From contig JAJRTA010000227.1 in NCBI GenBank assembly GCA_024278515.1, positions 1 to 43,362 on the forward strand: DNA of 43,362 nucleotides, read 5' to 3'. Under the pieces are notes generated by a model, which saw only the letters and a list, made by a program, of their open reading frames with translations, was not told the origin of the DNA and ran no database searches. The position numbers and the translations under genes are program-made. This DNA comes from Candidatus Zixiibacteriota bacterium. GTDB lineage: Bacteria; Zixibacteria; MSB-5A5; GN15; FEB-12. Below, one piece after another: positions 27,005 through 36,111 of this stretch (position 1 is its first letter; each line of letters starts with the position of its first letter).

Positions 27005-30000
27005 TTATGGACAGTTCAGGGCCGGGCCGACATTGAACATGAAGTCCACAAGATATACCAGGTCGGCTATATCGAGACCACTCGCACCGTCAACATCGGC
27101 AGAGGCTTCAAAAGCAGGCGGAGGGCCGCTGTTGAACATGAAATCGACCAGGTAAACCAGGTCTCCGATATTCGGTCCGTCGCCGTCATTGTCCACATCA
27201 CCACAGACATATCCGGGACCGGTGGCGGTGACTGTCAGTTCAACCGGAATATCCAGCGGGTTGTCGATTGGGTCCGGATCGTTGGAAGCTACGGTGATAG
27301 TCGCAGTGTACAGACCGGTGTCAAGCTCAGCCGTGAGAAATTTGCACAGCACCGTGTCAGATTCACCCGGGCCTACGATACCGGAGGTCTTGTCTACGGC
27401 CAGCCACTGGTATGGATTGACAATCCGGATAGCGAGATTGTCATGCAGGTAGGATGATTGGTAAACCATCTCGAGGCCGTCGGTGCCGTCGGAGTTTTCT
27501 ATTCCAACCGCGCAGGAGAGGATATCAAAACCGGGGGCTATGCTCAGGTATTGCAGTTTGATCGAACCATCGGCTTCCAGTATAATCTCGGCGTTCATGA
27601 CATCCCCGGCCGCACCGCCATACTCGGCGTAATCAACGAACTGAATGACACATCGTCCGCCGGTAGTATCTACATAGACATGAGCGTTCGGGTTGTCGGC
27701 ATCATCGGGGTTAAGATCGTCCCACAGCAGGGCGATCATATTGTTCGGCGTAGCTATATTTGGAAGCGGCGTTTCCGTGCGGGCGTTCATGTCGGTGGGG
27801 GTGAAGCCGATTATACCGTTCGATCCGAGGTAGAAGTAATTGTAAATGTTGCCGTAGAACGGGAAATCAAAGCCGAGTTCGATCGGACCAATATAATTGT
27901 CATCGTTAAGCCCGCCGACCATGTCGATGCCGGTTGTCGATACATCCTCCCAGGCAAAGGTCGGGCCGCCCGGTTCATCGGAGTCGATCCAGAAATACCC
28001 GAAAGCGTCGGGACCACCGGCATTGTATAGAATCTGAACCCCGGTGTTGCCTGATTCGATTCCCTTGGCTTCAGGACCGGAGTTATTGTCGAACGGTTGA
28101 TCGTGATTGGCCGGTTCCACCCGGCCGGACTGAACCAGGTTATCAAACAGAGTCGAGTTTTTCAGGGGGAACCGGACCTTGACACTGTAGTCCAGGTTAC
28201 CCTGGCCGGAGTTATCGATCACCAGTTCCTGAGTCGAGGAATCACTCTGAACCAGCGTTTCAAACAAAGCCCCGGGCGCCGCCGCGATAGCCGGAGCGAA
28301 ATCGACGCGGATATTATCGACATACCAGTCATCACAGGTGGAGCAGTCCCCGGCCGAACGAAGACGGATCTGGAATCCGTTGTGCAAAGCATCAGCCGGA
28401 AGATCGGCAAAAGCCAGTTCGAAATCGGTCATGGTGGGGCCGCTGCCGTAGTGAGTGTTGAGGTTTACCCAGACTCCGCTTGAGTTGTAATAATCGACCC
28501 AGAGATCGTCACCGTCGGCCGGCGGATCACCGGCGCCGCCGCGCTCATAATAGTATGAAAGAACTGCGCCGCTCTGGCCGGTTAAATCTATCGGCTGACT
28601 GACAATCGTGTCGTATTCTCCGTTAAGATTCAGCGCGTACGGCGGTGAAGGTGGATCGACCGCCTCGAAAGATACTACAGCGCCGGAATTGTAAATCCAC
28701 CGAATCTGGAACAGGGTGTCATCCGGGAAATGGTCGGTCCATGGAAAGGTCCCGGTAGTTCCGTTGGAGTATGTTTTCAGGTTCGCTCCGGCTGTTCGCA
28801 CCGGATCTGACTGGGAGGTGGCCAGCACCTGAACACTGTCGAAATCTCCGAAGGCGCTGTAGGGTACTTCGACACTGACCACGAAATTGAAAGATTGGTT
28901 AGCCGACAGGTTCCCGGTACTGCTGACCGGAACGGTCGCTGTTTCATCCCATAGAGCAGTACTCCAGCTATTACCGGAAAAAGAGAGAGTGTAATTGTCA
29001 TCGAGGACACCATCGTTGGTTACAGTCAGGTTATACCAGGCAGTGTCGTAGGCCGGTTGATACTGGCTGTCGTTCCCCGGTGATACGATCACCGCGTAAT
29101 CGATCACCCGGAAGGTGAAAGTCTCGGTAGTGTCCGCTTTGCCGTTTGCATCCAGGCCGAACAGGTAATAATCGATATTCGTACCGGGCGATTGTGAGGC
29201 GATATATCCCACGTATTCATCCTGTCCTACCCCCGGAGCCAGAGTGTCGAGAATCCAGCCGGAGCCGGCGTTGTAATAAAGTAACAACGAGTCGGGTACC
29301 AGGGCGGCGTTGGAAGTTATCACCGCCAGGACCTGGTAGTCGTTGAGCGTATCCTTGGTGTCATTAAGCGGAGTGTGCGTAATGTTGACACCGGCGTAAG
29401 GATCCCAGCCATCGAGCACCTGGGCCCCGGTATTGTCCGGGTCGAGCCAGTCTCTGAGGCGGTTTGAAGACGCGCCGCCGCCTGTCCAGGAGAGGGCGAG
29501 TTTTCCGTACCAGTCGGAGGTAAGGCTGGCACATGAGGCGTAGCCGCCGTGAAGCTGACCGATAATGCGATGTTGCTGGTCGAAAAGAGGCGAACCGGAT
29601 GAACCGGGTTCGGTGGTGCCGTCGTCCCACTGACCGATACGCCAATGAGTCGTGCCGGATGTCTGCAGATAGTTGGCCGAGGTCACCGGGTCATAGTCCC
29701 ACGAAATTTTCTTGATGTCTCCGGAGGGGTGATGGATCCCGACTGCCGAAGTTGCGGGCGAGTCTATGTTGGACCAGCCGTTGTAATAAGGAGCGTAACT
29801 TTCCGGGGGCTGTTCGTTCAACAGGAGAAGACCGAAATCACTTGACGAATAACTGGCCAGAAGAGTAGAACCCTGTGTGGTCATATAGGTCGGGCCGTCG
29901 ATATTGGAGCAGGAAGGGGACTCATAGTTGAACATGAATATCCATGTATTGGAACTGCCGAGACAGTGATTGGCGGTCAGGAAATATGGTGTCTCGTCCT

Positions 30001-30733
30001 GACGTACATTGTTGATAAGCGACCCGGTGCACCAGCGGCTGCCGCCCGACAGCAACACCATGGCTACGCCCCGTTTCTCATCCTGCCAGTCGGCGGCTTC
30101 GGGACAATTCACATTGTTGTTGCACGAACCGGATTGTCCGAAGCCGTCAGTCCCTTTTTCAAACCAACTGAAAATATCCTTGTAAGCATGAACCACCCGG
30201 CTGATCTCCAGTTCACCCAGCCCGGCTACTTCAGCGGGTTCATAATACTCAACAATACAAACATCGCCTTTGACCGGGGCAGTGGCCATTTCCCCGTGGT
30301 CCTTGTTGTTGCGGTCGGTAAACGCACCGATTGTCATGCTGCGATCTTCATTGTAGATATGAAGCGTCGCCCCCGGGGGCAGGTTGTACCGGGAGTATAA
30401 CAGGTTGATCGAATATGCGCCCGGGCTGCTGATGCGCAGCCGCCAGACGCGACCACCATCGGGCAGGTCTTCCCAATCGCCTGAGTTGTTGATAGTGTAA
30501 TTGACATCGAATGGTGCACCGAATCGGAACGGCAGGCCCTGTTGTTCCTCGATCTTGTCTTCAGCAAGGTAGGCCGCGACATCGACCGGCGCCATGATTT
30601 CGGTAGGAATGCTGGTTCTGAGCGCTTTGTTGAGACTTACCGGTGTTTTCTCAACAGATATTTGTGCGAGTACAGCACTGGTTGCGAAAGTGGTGATCAG
30701 GAGTATAACTCCCGGAATACGAAACAGCTTCAT
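27005..30733 (-). CDS. Large secreted multidomain trypsin-fold (S1, lysyl-endopeptidase-like) serine protease with C-terminal dockerin-like module
   Basis: Signal peptide MKLFRIPGVILLITTFATSAVLAQ (ATG at 30733 with a GGAGAA RBS; the ORF-track start is 30799). His motif TGSLINN...FLTANHC and Ser motif GSSGSPLFD. Long beta-rich middle region, including a ...CDDWYVDNIRVD segment. The last 66 aa (nt 27008-27205) are two EF-hand-like dockerin repeats, DVDNDGDGPNIGDLVYLVDFMF and DVDGASGLDIADLVYLVDFMF. Confidence 0.85.
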   Translation of the reverse strand: MKLFRIPGVILLITTFATSAVLAQISVEKTPVSLNKALRTSIPTEIMAPVDVAAYLAEDKIEEQQGLPFRFGAPFDVNYTINNSGDWEDLPDGGRVWRLRISSPGAYSINLLYSRYNLPPGATLHIYNEDRSMTIGAFTDRNNKDHGEMATAPVKGDVCIVEYYEPAEVAGLGELEISRVVHAYKDIFSWFEKGTDGFGQSGSCNNNVNCPEAADWQDEKRGVAMVLLSGGSRWCTGSLINNVRQDETPYFLTANHCLGSSNTWIFMFNYESPSCSNIDGPTYMTTQGSTLLASYSSSDFGLLLLNEQPPESYAPYYNGWSNIDSPATSAVGIHHPSGDIKKISWDYDPVTSANYLQTSGTTHWRIGQWDDGTTEPGSSGSPLFDQQHRIIGQLHGGYASCASLTSDWYGKLALSWTGGGASSNRLRDWLDPDNTGAQVLDGWDPYAGVNITHTPLNDTKDTLNDYQVLAVITSNAALVPDSLLLYYNAGSGWILDTLAPGVGQDEYVGYIASQSPGTNIDYYLFGLDANGKADTTETFTFRVIDYAVIVSPGNDSQYQPAYDTAWYNLTVTNDGVLDDNYTLSFSGNSWSTALWDETATVPVSSTGNLSANQSFNFVVSVEVPYSAFGDFDSVQVLATSQSDPVRTAGANLKTYSNGTTGTFPWTDHFPDDTLFQIRWIYNSGAVVSFEAVDPPSPPYALNLNGEYDTIVSQPIDLTGQSGAVLSYYYERGGAGDPPADGDDLWVDYYNSSGVWVNLNTHYGSGPTMTDFELAFADLPADALHNGFQIRLRSAGDCSTCDDWYVDNIRVDFAPAIAAAPGALFETLVQSDSSTQELVIDNSGQGNLDYSVKVRFPLKNSTLFDNLVQSGRVEPANHDQPFDNNSGPEAKGIESGNTGVQILYNAGGPDAFGYFWIDSDEPGGPTFAWEDVSTTGIDMVGGLNDDNYIGPIELGFDFPFYGNIYNYFYLGSNGIIGFTPTDMNARTETPLPNIATPNNMIALLWDDLNPDDADNPNAHVYVDTTGGRCVIQFVDYAEYGGAAGDVMNAEIILEADGSIKLQYLSIAPGFDILSCAVGIENSDGTDGLEMVYQSSYLHDNLAIRIVNPYQWLAVDKTSGIVGPGESDTVLCKFLTAELDTGLYTATITVASNDPDPIDNPLDIPVELTVTATGPGYVCGDVDNDGDGPNIGDLVYLVDFMFNSGPPPAFEASADVDGASGLDIADLVYLVDFMFNVGPALNCP

Positions 30734-30964
30734 CAGATTCTCCAATATCATGCTTTGGTCTTGTTTACTATTGTTTAATAGACCCTGCGGCAGCTTCATG
30801 CTTCATCCCATGCATCATCCGATAATAAATCAACAGTTGCATTAATTACAATTCGCTTTCAGAAACATCATTGTTGTACAATAGTTCCGTAGTTCTATGG
30901 CCGGGTGCGATGTTTACAGTCTATTTCCGTTAGTCGGCTGTTGTTGCCGGTTTTCTTAATCATG

Positions 30965-32203
30965 CTAACAAATCGGTAAGAAGCCGTTGTTGAACATATA
31001 ATCCACCATATACACCAGATCGGCGATATCAAGAGTCCCGCCGGAACCGTCAACGTCCGCGGCTTCAGGTATGGGAGGCGGAGGACCGCCGTTGAACATA
31101 TAGTCCACAAGGTGTACCAGGTCGGAGATATCGATAACATCAGACAGGTTTCCGTCGATATCACCACAACGATAATATGTGAAGATAGGGCGTTCGCTCA
31201 GGGTCACTATTTGCCCGCCGGCCTCGACCGAAACTGTGACCGTATCGACTCCGGGCAGTGCGGGAGCGGTCAGCACCGCACTGTAACTGCCGTCACCATT
31301 ATCAACAGCCGGTGTCGCTACCGTGCCGTTTCCGCTGTTGGTCATAGTTACCGACAGGATCCCGTCTATCGGCGGGTTCCCCTCGTTGTTGAGCGGGGTA
31401 ATCGTGATGGTCGCCGTGCCCGTGCTGTCAGCCTCGATTATCAACGGTGCGGCTTCAACCAGCGAGGAATCGGCGTTGGCTGCTTTCAGGAGCTTCCAGG
31501 CATCGAAAGCGTCGCGGAGAAGATCGATCGGTTCAGTCTCGCCGACGGTAGTGTTGATTACTTCATAGAGATAGGGTGTCGGGCCATCGCCGGGTCGCAC
31601 AACTTTTATGAAAGCCGATATGGCCGATTTGTTTTGCCCGAGGCAACGGGTATCCGCACCGGGCACCTTGGCCGCTTCAAGGGCCGCCATCAGTCTTTCT
31701 TCCAGCGGCCCTGACGTACTCAGGAACTCGTACTCCATCGAGTCGATAATCTCAGGGCCGAGCAGAATATTCCCCTGAATGGCGTATCCGGGACCGGTAA
31801 TATGTCCCTTCCAGTCATCAGTGGCGACTCCGGTAAAACCGGCCGAGGCTCCGCCTCCGGCCAGTGTAACCACGCCGTATTGCCGCCATTCCGGACGGGA
31901 CTGTACGTCGTTGTTGTACAGCCAGCTTATGATGGAATCCGGGGTCAGACCGGCCGCCATCAGGTCGTGGGCGTTGTCCTGATTGCCGGATACATACCAG
32001 GCCTGGGTATGAATCGCCCCGACCGACTCGATCAGGTCATTTATTATCTGTGAGCCGGAAATACAGGATGCTCCGGCTCCACCGACCTCACCGGTGACAG
32101 TGTCGACAGCCACAATCGAAAATGTCGCGTAAGCGGCTCCCGGCTGCATTACACTTAGGACCAGCAGCGATACAATGGTCACAATTGTTGCGCGATACTT
32201 CAT
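30965..32203 (-). CDS. Secreted DUF1028-type Ntn-hydrolase-fold protein with Ig-like spacer and C-terminal dockerin-like module
   Basis: ATG at 32203 with a GGAG RBS (ORF-track start 32299). Signal peptide ...QPGAAYA is followed directly by TFSIVAVD..TGEVGGAGAS, the DUF1028 N-terminal pattern. The C-terminal 67 aa (nt 30968-31168), CGDIDGNLSDVIDISDLVHLVDYMFN...DVDGSGGTLDIADLVYMVDYMFN...PIC, form the dockerin-like module. Confidence 0.82.
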   Translation of the reverse strand: MKYRATIVTIVSLLVLSVMQPGAAYATFSIVAVDTVTGEVGGAGASCISGSQIINDLIESVGAIHTQAWYVSGNQDNAHDLMAAGLTPDSIISWLYNNDVQSRPEWRQYGVVTLAGGGASAGFTGVATDDWKGHITGPGYAIQGNILLGPEIIDSMEYEFLSTSGPLEERLMAALEAAKVPGADTRCLGQNKSAISAFIKVVRPGDGPTPYLYEVINTTVGETEPIDLLRDAFDAWKLLKAANADSSLVEAAPLIIEADSTGTATITITPLNNEGNPPIDGILSVTMTNSGNGTVATPAVDNGDGSYSAVLTAPALPGVDTVTVSVEAGGQIVTLSERPIFTYYRCGDIDGNLSDVIDISDLVHLVDYMFNGGPPPPIPEAADVDGSGGTLDIADLVYMVDYMFNNGFLPIC

Positions 32204-32489
32204 CTCGATCTCCTGTATTTTAACAGTTATCCGGGAGCACTCACTGCGTTGCATCATTCGATCAGAGCAGAAACTGCTTTCCTGCATATTTTTGAACAAC
32301 GATGAGCACTCCGATTATTTTGATTGGTCAAAAAGCAGGACCAAATGCCGGTACTATTCCGGTACCAATACTCGGCTTAAAATATACAAGAAAAGGCCAT
32401 TTTTTGCAATGAAGGAATGACCTGGGAGGAGTGCTCTACGATATATTTTTTATGTGAAAAAAAACGATGCCGGCAGAGTTCTTATCGCC

Positions 32490-32595
32490 GTCATTCCGGG
32501 CCTGCCCTGGAATCCAGGACATATGTTTTCTGGATGCTGAATCAAGTTCAGCATGACACGAAACAGAACCGGATATCTGATCAGGTCCGGTATGG
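32490..32595. repeat. Cluster of three REP-like hairpins in the ptsN/DUF1028 intergenic region
   Basis: Hairpin 1 is TTCCGGG-cctg-CCC(T)GGAA (32494-32512). Hairpin 2 is ATGCTGAA-tcaag-TTCAGCAT (32534-32554, perfect 8-bp stem). Hairpin 3 is ACCGGA-tatctgatcagg-TCCGGT (32568-32591). Translated, they give the pseudo-peptides MLNQVQHD and SDQVRYG seen in the spurious ORF at 32417-32692. Confidence 0.6.
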
Positions 32596-32628
32596 TGAAG
32601 AAAAATGGGCGGGATGCAGTCAGTCCGG

Positions 32629-33129
32629 TTACTCCATGCTGCGGATGGCGCGGAGCAGTTCACCGGGTTGGGTGACTTCCATCAGTTCCTGACGGAATGA
32701 GTCATATTGAAGCATTTCCATCAGCGACTTGAAAACACGGAGATAAAGCGAATCATCATAAGGAGGGGCGGCCATAACAAAGAAGATATGAGTAAGCTGA
32801 CCATCGGGAGAATCAAAGTCATACCCTTCGGTGGAACGGGCAAAGGCTACCATGAACTCCCTGGCCTGCATCGAACGAATATGCGGAATAGCTATACCGT
32901 CACCGATGGCAGTCGTGGCTTTGCGTTCCCGGTTGATGAAATCGGTAAGAAGTTTGGTTCTGTTGCCGATCCGGTTGCCTTTTTCGAGCAGCGTTACCAG
33001 TTCATCAAGGACAAGTTCTTTGCCCCGTTGTCGCCACTTGTTGAACGATCCCCCCTCGGCCAGCGGCTCGATGACCGTGGTCATTTCCAGTTGCACCAGT
33101 TCTTCTGTCAACGCGCGCGAAATATGCAT
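32629..33129 (-). CDS. ptsN: PTS EIIA-type regulatory protein (PtsN / EIIA-Ntr-like)
   Basis: 166 aa with the EIIA(Fru/Ntr) active-site context AIGDGIAIPHIR and ...HIFFVMAAP. AAGG RBS. Confidence 0.85.
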   Translation of the reverse strand: MHISRALTEELVQLEMTTVIEPLAEGGSFNKWRQRGKELVLDELVTLLEKGNRIGNRTKLLTDFINRERKATTAIGDGIAIPHIRSMQAREFMVAFARSTEGYDFDSPDGQLTHIFFVMAAPPYDDSLYLRVFKSLMEMLQYDSFRQELMEVTQPGELLRAIRSME

Positions 33130-33321
33130 AGTAACCTTGTCGACTACAGGCGGTTACGCCTTTACATGAATTAGCGACTTTTGTCCGATGCTGTCAACAC
33201 ATATACGGGTAATCCTCCATTATGAGTAGTTATCAGTTTATGTCTGAACTCATGATTTTTTCGTGTCCCATCAAGAAACCGCGCCGGTCGCCGATAAATC
33301 CTCTCAGGAGGAATGCTGTAG

Positions 33322-34128
33322 ATGCGCTCGGTTCGGTCTGTCTGGATGATATTCTTTGTTCTTGTGTCAATATTAACCGGCATAGGATGCAGCGAGTTTT
33401 CAATTACTCCCCGTCTTGATAATAGTTCCGATACACAGGATCTCTCTCCGGCTCATCCTGATCCTGAGATCATGGCTATTGCATTATGGATGTCTCGTGA
33501 ACTGGCGGCTCCCCAACACCTGTATGATCGGATCAAAGCCGAGCTTGATCTCATCCGTGGCAAGTTCTCGGATTCCCTCCCGGCCGTTAAATTGACCTTT
33601 CAGCAACCCTGGGAGCCGGGGCGGCTGATAATCGGTCTGGAAGAAAAGGCTTATGACAGATTTACCAGGGAAGAGTATTACGAATGGGACTTATTAAACG
33701 GGCAGTTCAACCTCACTGATATTGATCCCTACGTGCCGACCTTTCGTATGCTCAAACTGACTTTTGCAGAGGGTCTCAACCCGGAAGTGCTGGCTGATTA
33801 TTATTCAACGCTTCCCGGGGTGCGGTTTGCCGTGCCCAACCGCTTCATGGGAGAGATTCCCATGTTGCTTCCGGCATCGGCTCCTGATGGCCGAATTCTC
33901 TATTTTTTCCGCAACGCCTGGGGAGATTGTCCTTCCGGATGTCTCTATTCTGAATACTGGGTGTTTGCAGTAGTACGAGGGCGGGTCGTCTTCGACGGCT
34001 ATTTTGCCGACAAGGAGATGCTCCACAATGACTTACGCTCCGTATTCGACTCTACCTGGACTTTGTACTGGCAGGGGGCGCAACCTTCCATACCGGCTGA
34101 TTTCCCCGGCTTTGTCGTCAACAACTGA
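33322..34128 (+). CDS. Lipoprotein of unknown function (268 aa)
   Basis: AGGAGG RBS. Signal peptide with lipobox LTGIG|CS. No catalytic motif recognised. Contains GDCPSGC. Confidence 0.7.
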   Translation: MRSVRSVWMIFFVLVSILTGIGCSEFSITPRLDNSSDTQDLSPAHPDPEIMAIALWMSRELAAPQHLYDRIKAELDLIRGKFSDSLPAVKLTFQQPWEPGRLIIGLEEKAYDRFTREEYYEWDLLNGQFNLTDIDPYVPTFRMLKLTFAEGLNPEVLADYYSTLPGVRFAVPNRFMGEIPMLLPASAPDGRILYFFRNAWGDCPSGCLYSEYWVFAVVRGRVVFDGYFADKEMLHNDLRSVFDSTWTLYWQGAQPSIPADFPGFVVNN

Positions 34129-34266
34129 TCTGTATTCGATTCATGCCGTCGCTATTGACTTGCTCCGGTGAAGGTAATACCTTGCCCACGAATGACCCCG
34201 GGTAGCTCTTAACGCATCCGTAATTGTGTCGATAACTTGAAGTAACGAGAATACTAAAGAGGTTTG

Positions 34267-36096
34267 ATGCCCCCATTTTACGAATTGAAACGTACCCACA
34301 ACTGCGGGCAGTTGACAGCAAAAGATATAGGTACAAAAGTCCGTCTTAACGGCTGGGTGAACAGCTACCGGAATCTCGGCGGCCTGTTTTTTATTGATTT
34401 GCGCGACCGTTACGGTCTGACCCAGGTTGTAATAAATCCTGATACATTCGACCCGGATATGCTCAAAGAGGCCAACCGGGCGCGTCATGAGTTTGTCGTG
34501 GCCGTATCCGGAAAAGTAGGAGCAAGACCGGAAGGAACCGTCAACAGGAAAATGCCGACCGGCGAAATTGAAGTGGTCGCTGAAACATTTCATATCTTGT
34601 CCGAGTCCAAAACGCCCCCTTTTGAGATCACCGATGAATGCAACGCCCATGAACAGTTGCGCCTGGAGTATCGGTACCTTGACCTCCGACGCAGGCCGAT
34701 GCAGGAAATGATGAGGATGCGTCATCAGGCTACTTTGACCGTTCGCAACTATCTCAGCTCGCAGGGATTCTACGAGATCGAGACGCCGATGCTGATTCGC
34801 TCGACACCGGAGGGAGCACGTGACTATGTTGTCCCAAGCCGTGTGTCGAAAGGTCATTTTTATGCTTTGCCGCAGTCGCCGCAGTTGTTAAAGCAGATAC
34901 TTATGATTTCCGGATTCGACAAGTATTTCCAACTGGCTCGTTGTATGCGCGATGAAGATCTGCGCAGTGACCGCCAGCCGGAACATACGCAGATCGATAT
35001 GGAGATGTCTTATGTCACCCCCGACGATGTCTTTGCCGTCACCGAAGGAATGATGGCTGATCTGTTCGGAAAACTGCTTGGCGCAGAGATAGAGACACCG
35101 TTTCCGCGGTACAGTTTCGCTGAAGTGATGCGCCGCTGGGGCAGTGATAAGCCGGATTTGCGGTTTGATATGGAACTGATCGACCTGACTGAAACGGTGC
35201 GTGGGTGCGATTTCAAACTGTTTGCCGAGAATATAGAATCGGGCGGGGTGGTGATGGGGATTGTCCTCAAAGGTGGCGGGAACTACTCGCGGAAACAGAT
35301 AGATGAATTGACGGAGAAAGCTAAAAGTTTCGGCGCCGGTGGCCTGGCCTATGTTCTGAGAACTCCGGATATCGACAAATCACCCATCGCAAAGTTTCTC
35401 GGTGACGACAAAATGGCCGAACTGATTAAAGCGTCGGGAACGGAAAAAGGGGACGCTCTCTTTATCATCTCCGACCGTCAGCTTAAGACACAGGAAATAC
35501 TCGGGCAGTTACGGTTGCATCTGGGACAAAAACATGAACTGGCTCGTCCCGGTGAATGGAAGTTTCTTTGGGTGACGGAATTCCCGCTGTTTGAGTACAA
35601 TCCGGAACGTGATGCGATGCAGGCTATGCACAATATTGTGTCGCATCCGTTCGAGGACGATATGGACATGATCGACGAGGGTTATTCCAGCAGCCTGCCG
35701 CTTTCCGATGAGAACCATCCGTGGCGCAAAGTGCGCGCCTTGCAGTATGATTTGGTGCTGAACGGATGGGAAATCGCTTCGGGAGGTCAAAGGATAAACC
35801 GTCGTGATCTGCAGGAAAAAGTCCTTGATATTCTCGGCATCGATAATGAACGAGCGGAACGGATGTTCGGCTTTTTGCTTCGTGCGCTTGAGTACGGGGC
35901 TCCCCCGCATGCCGGTCTGGCGCCGGGGCTGGATCGTATTGTCGCCCTGATGTGCGGTACGCGCTCGATTCGTGATGTTATAGCTTTTCCCAAGACAACC
36001 AACGCCATGTCGCTGATGGACGGCGCGCCATCTGAGATAGATGCGGAACAACTGGAGGAACTCGGCCTCGCCCTGCTGCCGGTCGAGAGATCTTAA
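34267..36096 (+). CDS. aspS: Aspartate--tRNA ligase (bacterial type)
   Basis: About 609 aa. N-terminal OB fold (RTHNCGQL...V.LNGWV...RNLGGLFFIDLRDRYG), class II motifs (FRDEDLRADRQPE-like CMRDEDLRSDRQPEHTQID) and motif 3 (GLAPGLDRIV). ATG at 34267 follows the ORF-track TTG at 34264. Confidence 0.95.
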   Translation: MPPFYELKRTHNCGQLTAKDIGTKVRLNGWVNSYRNLGGLFFIDLRDRYGLTQVVINPDTFDPDMLKEANRARHEFVVAVSGKVGARPEGTVNRKMPTGEIEVVAETFHILSESKTPPFEITDECNAHEQLRLEYRYLDLRRRPMQEMMRMRHQATLTVRNYLSSQGFYEIETPMLIRSTPEGARDYVVPSRVSKGHFYALPQSPQLLKQILMISGFDKYFQLARCMRDEDLRSDRQPEHTQIDMEMSYVTPDDVFAVTEGMMADLFGKLLGAEIETPFPRYSFAEVMRRWGSDKPDLRFDMELIDLTETVRGCDFKLFAENIESGGVVMGIVLKGGGNYSRKQIDELTEKAKSFGAGGLAYVLRTPDIDKSPIAKFLGDDKMAELIKASGTEKGDALFIISDRQLKTQEILGQLRLHLGQKHELARPGEWKFLWVTEFPLFEYNPERDAMQAMHNIVSHPFEDDMDMIDEGYSSSLPLSDENHPWRKVRALQYDLVLNGWEIASGGQRINRRDLQEKVLDILGIDNERAERMFGFLLRALEYGAPPHAGLAPGLDRIVALMCGTRSIRDVIAFPKTTNAMSLMDGAPSEIDAEQLEELGLALLPVERS

Positions 36097-36111
36097 GGGC
36101 GCAGGCGGACT

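Noticed and set aside
32335-32351. Second sigma-54-like element upstream of the DUF1028 gene (minus strand CCGGCATTTGGTCCTGC).
   Set aside because: The GG-to-GC spacing is one nucleotide too long, and the -12 element is CTGC rather than TTGC. This is not convincing.
32417-32692. 91-aa plus-strand ORF containing MLNQVQHD and SDQVRYG.
   Set aside because: It is the translation of the tandem hairpin repeats and overlaps the 3' end of ptsN. I interpret it as a non-coding palindromic element, not a gene.
34129-34266. Possible T-box or other leader upstream of aspS.
   Set aside because: The spacer is only ~138 nt. I could not find a specifier-loop or T-box consensus, or a terminator/antiterminator pair.
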